This document shows, in pieces, positions 47,060-55,724 of a stretch of DNA of 55,724 bases (position 1 is the stretch's first letter; every line of letters starts with the position of its first letter). Under the pieces are notes generated by a model. It saw only the letters and a list, made by a program, of their open reading frames with translations, was not told the DNA's origin and searched no databases. The translations under genes were made by a program, and so were the position numbers. Source of the DNA: Nemertoderma westbladi (Eukaryota; Animalia; Xenacoelomorpha); assembly GCA_032718475.1 (NCBI GenBank), contig JAUCBJ010008193.1, positions 1-55,724 of the forward strand. Reading direction: 5' to 3'.

Positions 47060-49446
47060 ATATATATATAGCCATTATCATCTCGCGGTATCGTTTTGCT
47101 GGTGGTCCCACTAAGTGTCCCTCCTGCTTTCCTTTGGTAGCGTCCCACATGATGATCTTCATGGTACGTGGTATACCTAAACTCCATCCTATTCTCCGGC
47201 GACCACCTGTCGAGGTACCTTTGGGTGTTAATAACCCCTCCATGTGATGCCGCTGTCGCTACCTCCTGGTAGGTGAATGGCAGTCTCCTGGTGGGCCTGT
47301 TGGTTAATGTTAAAGAACCCCCACTGAAACTCCTGGGCCTTCATCCTCTGTCGGGTCATGACACTGACGTTGGCCCAGTCCCCGTAGATACGGAACTTCC
47401 CCTCATCATCCACCCAGACACTCTGGTGCTCAAAATGCCCCCTAAATCTGCACTTACTACATCTATAGTGCAGCTTCGGGCATGCGCCCATCCCGTGGGT
47501 AGAGTCGTGGCAGTATAGACCTGTCGCCCCCTTCTCATATCGATACAGACAGTTCTTCTGCTTGTTGGGTTAACTGCCCACAATAGTCGCACCCATCTAT
47601 CACAGTCTGCCACCCAAACTCGTCCTTGGCTCCACACAGCCACCTGGGTCTGTGGAGCCAATGATACGTGAACATCTCTACATTATTGTCCCTACCCATG
47701 TCGATGTCCTCTTCCTCCCTTGGCATCGTCTCCCCAAACACCACCTGTGGTGCCGTCCCCGGTTGCTCATCTAGCCGAATTGTATCCACCGGGAAATTCA
47801 TCACCAGCTCTCCCTGTTCCCAGGCTCGCTTGCCGGGGGGCTCCCAGAAGGCTCTCACCCCACTGGCCGTCACCGCTCTCCCGTCCACCCATTCCGTGTC
47901 TACCCAGCCGATCCTCTCTATCGGCGGCATCTCCCCAAACTCGTCTCCCTCCACCTCTTCTACCACAAGCTGTTCCAAACCTTGGATCGCAGTTGATTTA
48001 CAATGTCGCTTCCCAGCCTGGTACTCGCCCTTAACTTTCCACCCTTCCGCCACTCTCGGTCTCTTCCTTCCAAAGTCACCCTTGGACCCCCCGGGTATCA
48101 GCATCCCCTGCAGTCCAGATATCGACTGTATCGGCGTTTCCTCCATCCACTCTATCTCATCTTCCAGCCGAATCTCGCCTGAGGCCTCCGAGCCCCATCT
48201 CAACTCATCCCACTCCTGGGCCTCGAAATCGTAATCCCCTCCTCTTTCTGCTGCCTCTCTGCCTGCTGCCTCCCTCCTCTCTTTCCTAGCGGCCTCTTCC
48301 TGCTTCCTTTCATCCTCCCTATCCGCCTCATATTTCTTCCATCATCGGTACGGTGTGTCTACTTCTCTGTCCACCATATGTCGGGTATTATAATACACCA
48401 ACTCGCCCTTCTACCCTGGGTGGTCTACAAGAACCTCTAAAGCAGTCTTAAAGGCTCTCCTGTGGTTCAGAGCTCCTCCCACCAGTAGAAATGCCCTCGG
48501 CTCCCTACCGATGACCACCACTATGAACAGGTTCACCAACCCTATCATTATTCAGTCCTCCTGTAAGATATACCTCTTCTGGTATGTCTTAATCGCCCCC
48601 TTTCGGAAGTGATATAACTCGTCTCTTCCTGGTCTCACCCCCCACTTGAGTGAACTTGTCAGTTCCGCCCCATACTCTTCTCGGAACTTGTTCCATTCCA
48701 TCGGCTTGTGGCACACGAGTCCCATCAACTGACCCATCGCCACAGCTCCATATTGTCCCGTGTTATCCACCAGTCCTAATCCATCCGGTTTCGTCATAGC
48801 CATATAGACTACCTGTGTATCCAGAAGATTCGGGGTGTTCAATAATCCTCTCCGCGTCGTCGCGTATCACCAATCCAATCTTGATCGTAGTCTTCGATCT
48901 CACCAGCATCTGCACCGCATCCGGTAGATGATTCAACTTCGGCTCGCTTTTCTTGAACTAGGTCCCTAGGTCGAACAGAAAAATATCTCCGTTCGGCGCC
49001 GCTAGATGCAGCAATATAGTTCTACCCGACCCCTTCATCGTCTCATCGTCATCCTCTACGCACGGTGCCATTGTCATCATCAAGGTCATCATCGTCATCA
49101 TATATCCGCCCCTCTCCATGGAATTGACAACCTTCCTCCACCCTTTCTTAGGTGGTTCCCTTGTGTACTTTCCCAAAGGTACCTTTGTCCTCCTTCACAA
49201 TGTAACGAAGATGTTCATCGATCGCGTTATCCAAAGACGGCGTCCCATAGGTCCAAACTAATCGTCATTCATGCATCTCCCTAAACTGAGCGTGTGTGGT
49301 TTCTGACTCTTAGGAAGTCGTTTGTAATACTTGTTCTGCTGTAATACTTGTAATGTCTTGTTCTCTGGATGTCTTAATGTGAAATCGACTAATAGCTCTT
49401 TCTCACTTTTCTCCGACTTCCTTCTCTTGACTAGCTTCTCTGCCAT
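47060..49446 (-). pseudogene. BEL2 accessory ORF3: DEDDy-like 3'-5' exonuclease region + unknown domain + Cys/His knuckle-like motifs
   Basis: Manual translation across stops and frameshifts: ILLHLAAPNGDIFLFDL...LPDAVQMLVRSKTTIKIGLVIRDDAERI...NLLDTQVVY...IKTYQKRYILQED; later CDYCG and CPKLHYRCSKCRFRGHFEHQ. Confidence 0.68.
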
Positions 49447-50429
49447 CCTGATTTCTCTTTCTCTTCAAATTGGTGGTGCCTTTCAAAGGCTCAGTCAGGC
49501 AAGAGATAACTAATTTCAGTTCTAATTAGCGTCGGATCAGTGATGGCCTACCTACTGTTCACCTTTATCTACTTTTTGTACAATTATTTCCCCTTATGTG
49601 CCAATTTTCCCTAATTTTGTAATTTTTATAAATTCTTTCTTTAAATTATGTTTCTAGAAATTCCTAGCTCTTTACGATTACCTCGAGCTCATTACCTCTA
49701 CGATTTTCATCTTGCTATAATCATCTACTTCCATCCCTATTACTCATCTACTGTTCAATTACTATGTAAGTAATTCACCACTACTTGTTTACAGAAAAGA
49801 CTAGCTACAACTTTCCTATTGTTATACTAGCTTCCTACCAGACAGCTTTCTGGGTCTGTAACAATACTCTAAGTCTGCACTCTGGGCTATGCGCTATAGT
49901 AGTCTAGTTTGTGCGGCCTACACTGTCTATTCTACCATGCCTACATATCCCCCTCAACTCCTCACGTGGCGCCCTCAGTGCCCACTATAGTACTTATTAT
50001 ATACTACTAGCAGGCAATACCCGAGGCATGTTACCCAGTATTTCCTGCTACCGGTATAGGCCTACTGGCGTACTGGTACCGGTATAGGCCTACTGACGTA
50101 CCAGTACTTAGTACCGGTACCGAACGTGAATTAAACTTTACGAAAAGTGGCCTATAACGACCGCTGGTTAAAGTTATACACACATGCCAAGTTCCAGCGC
50201 AATCCCTCTGCCCGTTTTGGAGGAGTTCGAACACAGAGAGAGAGAGAGAGAATTTGATTTTTATAGGTATAGATTATTGGTTGCCTCCCGCATTAGTACT
50301 TATTACGTATGTTAGCACATTGTGCTCATCAGACGTACGTAACATGTACTCATCTAATCCTAAACGTGGTACTATGTACCTTTCTAATCCTACTACAGTA
50401 CATATTATGTACTATTATTGGCCCCATTG

Positions 50430-53400
50430 GTCATCAGCTGTTTTGAGCTTCCAACTAGACGTTTTACGCAACCCAATGTATGCAGTATGTATGGAGTCCT
50501 CCTTTCCCATCTGATCAGGTGCCTCCTCATTGCTGCCTTGACATCTTCTCCCTCCAAGATGTCGAAGTCCCATTATCGGAGTAAAGCACTTTGACTGTTC
50601 CCCCTCAGCGGGTCACGAATCTTTCCAGTGCATTGATAAATGCCAACACCGTACCATCCTGTGCCAGTTCTATCCCCACAGCCCTCCTGTTGTTACATAC
50701 GAAGATTATACCATATAGCTTCTCAGTGTGCCGTATCACCTTGATCTTTATTGGCCCGAACATGTCCACACCGCAATGTGTGAATGGTGGGTCATGATGC
50801 CTCACCGTATTAGTTGGCAGTGGCGCCACCTCTCGCACAGCCCTCTCCTTCTTCATCCGCCGGCATGTTTGGCCCTGCCCCACTACCACCTTCACCATCT
50901 TTCTAAGCTGAGCTACCCAGTATTTCCTCCTAATCGCGTTTAAGGTTGTGTTTGTACCGCCGTGAACTATAGTCTTATGGGCGTCCCATATGATCTGGTG
51001 AACTATTGGTGATTTGTTAGGGATTATTATTGGTTTTGGTGGAACTAAGGCACTGCTGTTATTAGCCACCCTGGTGTTCATGACCAGGATTCCATCCTCA
51101 TCCAGTTGCGGTGACAGCGCATGGATCTTGCTGTCCTGTCAAAGACATTGTTCATTCCTGACATGGTTAACTATGTCTCCGAATGCCTTCCCTTGTTCGT
51201 ATTATATCACGGCTTTGGCCACTCCTTCCAGATCAATGGTGGGTTTGGACTTTCCACCCATACCAGCTCCCCTAAGGAATTCTCCGTAAGCTCGCAGATA
51301 TGCCACTGGCTTCTTCATCTTATACCAGCTAGAGCTGTAACCGAGTAGCCCATCTGTTGGATTATCACTCGACTCTATCATCTTAGATCGTGGTGGCGCC
51401 TCCTTAATCTCCCTCACCAACTGGCTGAATATCTCCTCCCCCTCCAATTCATTTCCCTCATATTCGACTACTACTTCCTCTCCCTTTGGATCTACTTTCC
51501 TCATCAGAGGCCATTTCGACCTGTCATTGAGGTAGTGTGGACCATGCTGTCACAACTCTTGCTTTCTCGAGAAAGTGTGGCATTGTACGCTTCTCAATAG
51601 CAAGTCCACCGGATTGTCGTCAGTCAGGCAGTAGTGCCACTTGTCCAATTGTCGCTCTAATCTCATCCACCCAGTTCGCTACAAATATGGGATATCGCGT
51701 CTTCTCATTATGCAACCATCCTAACACCACCATGGAATCCGTCCAGTAGTGTGTTTCCACTATACTTGGCATTGTGTCCACCAAATGTGCTGTCGCTCTC
51801 ACTCCCAACCTCGCAGCCATTAGTTCGAGTTTCGGTACTGATGCTGAATCTGGTGGCATCGACCTCGCTTTGCTAAACGCTAGTTTGGGCTTATGAGTCC
51901 CCTTGCGCTGTACCAAATATAGCGCTGCACCGTATGCTTCCAGAGATGCATCGGAGAACATATGTAGTTCCAATTCACTCATGTCTCCATCTGGGAAGTA
52001 TACACGTGGCATACTATAAGTTCACATATCTTCTAAGCTCCCTGTCCATTTCTCCCCTGTTTACTTATTTCTATCGGAACCTCCGCGTCCCAGTCATCCT
52101 TGATCTTGTAAACCTTCTTAAGTATTTGTTTCCCCTTGACTAATAAAGGGGATGCTAATCCTAGTGGATCGTAAATACTCGCTAAGTACGACACATAGCC
52201 CCTCTTTGTATGGATCTCGGCACCCTCCTGACTTAGTTAATCTTCCAACTCATCCGTCTCCTGGTTCCATACGATCCCTAGAGCCTTTTGCTGTGATTCT
52301 ACTCTTCTGTCCGCCATGATCTGCTCCTTTACCATCAATGGTTTATCCAATCTGATCTCAGGTTGTTTATCTTCTATGGCTTCCATGATTTCTTTGGAGT
52401 TCGACTGGAACTTTGTCAAGTTGAATTCCGGATTTTTTCAGGATGTCGCGAACTTCACGGCCCATCTCAAAGATCTCATTAACGGAGTTCCCTGAACCCA
52501 TTCCGTCATCCACATAGAACCCGCGTCGAATCATTTCAATCGCCTCTTTGCTATACTACCCTTCCTTGCCTTCCACTGTGTCTCTTACCGCCGTGGTTGT
52601 GGTGAACGAAGATGACATCACCCCCATGTTCTGGACCACCATCTTGTATATAGGTATAGTTGACGGTTCATCGTCACCATTATACCATAGGAAGCATTGA
52701 CTATCACTATCCTCCTCTGTTAACCGCACTTGGTTAAACATGCCCTCTATGTCACACGTGAAGGCGTGTTTCCCGTTTCTGAATCTCAACAGAACTTATA
52801 TCCCCGAGTTGTAGATATTGGGGCCTTCTAGTAGGTAGTCATTAAGACACTTGCCGTTTGTCTTGGCAGAAGCATCAACCACCATCCTTAGCTTGCCCTT
52901 CTTGGGATCTAGGGTCACATGAAGTGGGTGATAGTAAGTCCTGCCGGTGTCCGGCTCGTCTACTGGTTGTTCCACAGCCCACCCCCGATCTAAATACTTC
53001 TTTATTGTTTTATGTATGTAATCGTTCTTCTCCAGACTCCGTCTAAGCGTTTGTTTTAACTTGCGGAGTCTCGTCTCAACCATCCTTCTGTTGTTCGGCA
53101 GGGGCAACGTAGGCTCCTTCCACACCTTTGCTATGGTGTATCGCCCCCCCTCACATTTCATCGACCTCCTGACGCTCTCTTGCACCTGTTTATCCTCCAC
53201 TGAGGTCCCCACTCCAACCTCCTTTAATCCCTCAAAATCCTGCCGTAGCAGCCTCTTGAGCTGTTCTTCCGCTGTTCTTCACCTTCTACGTCTCTCATCG
53301 TCCCATCGAACATGCACCCTGAGGATTCAGATACGCTAAATGGGATTCTCGTCTTTATCGGGCCACTCAGCATCCATCCAAATGTCGTAAGAATGGCACC

Positions 53401-54582
53401 GGGTCTCGCTCTCTGTCGTTGTCAAAAATAGTTTGTAGCCTCTCATGGGCCATCGGACAGTCCATGCTTACTATAAGAGAGACTTTCGGGACGTCCAGTT
53501 TGGGTACGGAAAAGTCGATGCCATCCAGGTACTGATATTGTTCAATCTCGATCTTTGTAGGTCGCCTGGCGTTGATGTTCATCGACTCCATTATTTGGAT
53601 GGGTTTGATGGTAGCCCCATAATCGCACCCTGGTGTTATTGCTCTTATCTGACACCGCCCCGTCCTCATTTTCATGACCTCGTCTTTGCTTGATATCATG
53701 GTCACCGCCGTTACTTGGCTTAGTCTTCAATCCTATGCTCTCAGCCACCCAACTTTCTGTTAGCGTGAATGCTGCTCCACTATCGACTAGCATCAATGTT
53801 GTTATCGATAGTCCATTTTCCCCTATCATTCTTACTGGTACTACCCTGAGTAGTACTGTTCCCTTCCTCTTAATTCCCATGGTGCTCGTCACCATCGTCT
53901 GGCCTCCAGTTTCATCAGTCTCGGCGTACTTAGGTGGATGTTCTTGATGCTTATCCTTCCCGTGTCCTCCTACCACACATCGGTGGCACAGTCCAAACCT
54001 CCCGGTATAAGCTATTCGGTCTTGTTTAAGCAATGCCTGACAATGCTATCAATTGATGGTCTTATGTGCCCCACTTCTATGCAATTGACATTTGTAATCA
54101 GGGTTGTAGCATTCCTTATATAGGGCATTGCGTATTGCATTCAAATTCATTTCGGGTGATTCAGTGTTTTGGTTGTTTGGACTCGGCCTACTGGGGGTAT
54201 TTGTTTTATACCTGCTATTGTTGTTATTCTGTCTCTGTCCCTGCTACGATGTGGTTTTGTTTCCAGGGCTGTGTAGCCGCATATGGTAGCGATTGTCTCA
54301 CTTTTGGAAGTGCATTTGCCGCACTATGTTCAGCTTTATTGCGAGTATATTCTGCTTTCGGTACTTTGCCCAGACTGTCCTCACTTGTAAACTGGATCCG
54401 TTATTAACTCTGCTTCATAGTTAAGGAAGTTCGACATCTCTTCCAACCCTGGCTCCGCACCCTTCTTTTCCTGAGTGGAGAAAGCGATCTTTCTCCATTT
54501 GTTCCTTTACCATATCGGTAGTGCCTGCGCTATGGTCGTGATGTTATTTGAAGCATTAAGTTTGTATGGTGCTTGTAAAAGC
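50430..54582 (-). pseudogene. pol: BEL2 gag (3' part) and pol, many stops/frameshifts, integrase C-terminus deleted
   Basis: ORF fragments 53542-54033, 53367-53705, 52796-53212, 52556-52789, 52237-52419, 51620-52012, 51202-51504 and 50605-51081 are collinear with BEL1; homology stops near 50430. Confidence 0.92.
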
Positions 54583-55724
54583 CTTTGCTGAATTGCCCCG
54601 TTATTTTTATTATCTTTTACATTAAAATACTCTGTAGTTGATTTAATAAGTGTAAGAGACCGTATTATTACTGTATCGGTGTTTTTAGAGGATCTAAGAC
54701 TTATTTCCTCCGTATGTGTATTGTGAAAGGTATATTTTATGATTCTATGGCAATTTGTGACGCAAAGGAGTGATAGCTACTCTTGAACAGTAGTTACTAT
54801 GACTACGGTTAACAGCTGACATTCATACGTGTTGATTTCCTTTGTTCTACGGCGTCTCTCAGCTCAGTCAGCCAATGAGAGCGTTTTTGTGGCTCCTTGT
54901 ACAGAGAATTTCCGAGAAATGACGAAATGCCTATGTGCAGTGTTTATTCATTCAGTCTTGAGCCAAAGAAAGAACGGCTTAGAAATATTTTGTGCTGTAC
55001 TGCTTTTTAGTCGTACACTGGTAGGTTTAATTATAAAGGGCATATATCCTTTAACGGACCAGCATACTGATGACTGATAAATATCACTCCGTAAATATCT
55101 CACTGCTGATATACCGGTACTGATTGTTCGCGCTTTCAGACCTTTGGCAGTTTAACCCGCCAAATTAGAATGTCTTCTAGATAATAAATCGCTTTTTAGT
55201 CTATGACAAGTATTTGATTCACTACACTAGTCGAAACCAATCCGTGCGCGACCATTCACCCGCTGGATATTCCCGGGAGATTGGGTTCGACGGTTTAATT
55301 TTTATTGCTATGTAAGCCTAATGTATTATTCGACTGACAGTAATATATAATCTCTGACAATATTATTCACCTTCGGTAATATTAACAGTTCCTTTAGGAC
55401 GTGGCGCTTTATCTATATAAACAGAGTTATGACTTAAACTACTCACAACGATATGGCTTAATTATAATTCACATATATGGCGCATTCTTTAGGAATGCTT
55501 CTTTAACAGACTCACTCATACACAATGCTGCACAATACTGCACACTAATCTGACAATCTTCACTGATTTTAGTCACATATAAAAGGAACACAGGCTGACT
55601 CATGTAGGGTCTATCAAATAACATTAGATTCACTTCAAACCACTTTAACATAAGTCACAATCGTTTATCTGTAACCCTTCTCTCTTACCTTCGGTATATC
55701 AAGAACATTGGGTTTCGGGGTTGT

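Larger units (their letters stand above)
46626..54582 (-). mobile_element. Degenerate BEL/Pao element (BEL copy 2), related to BEL1, 5'-truncated within gag
   Basis: Fragmented gag/PR/RT/RH/IN ORFs closely paralleling BEL1 (KLRMVVDASAKTNGKCLNDYLLEGPNIYNSGI identical); ORF3; LTR-like terminus. Confidence 0.93.

Noticed and set aside
45644-55724. Next GALNT exon (expected xWxCGG...PCS.VGH)
   Set aside because: Not found by eye; probably beyond the right edge. Short ORFs at 54829-55077 and 55469-55651 have no recognisable motifs.

Overview
Eukaryotic (invertebrate animal-like) genomic DNA, not prokaryotic; no CRISPR, rRNA or tRNA seen. The window lies inside a + strand polypeptide N-acetylgalactosaminyltransferase (GALNT-like) gene. 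Only two exons are visible (35484-35651 and 45526-45643) and the introns are filled with satellites and nested retrotransposons. Satellites: 41-bp (1-11180), 46/47-bp (29865-35468), 33-bp (35631-45265, built from the exon end plus its splice donor) and short 26-, 53- and 35-bp arrays. Nest: an RTE-clade LINE fragment is split by a full-length BEL/Pao LTR element (11636-28775, TSD CCAAG, ~550-bp LTRs with 3 visible differences). The BEL 5' LTR carries a 4.4-kb poly(A)/TSD-bounded CR1/L2-group LINE encoding ORF1 and a 2A-peptide/APE endonuclease but no reverse transcriptase, and the BEL 3' region carries a ~330-bp poly(A) retroposon. A second, degenerate related BEL (46626-54582, minus strand) has an extra ORF3 with a WRN/EXD-like DEDDy 3'-5' exonuclease signature. 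Most notable: the splice-donor satellite, the RT-less LINE, a possible tRNA-independent self-priming structure in the BEL element, and the exonuclease ORF3. All coordinates and alignments were read by eye; no database searches were run.
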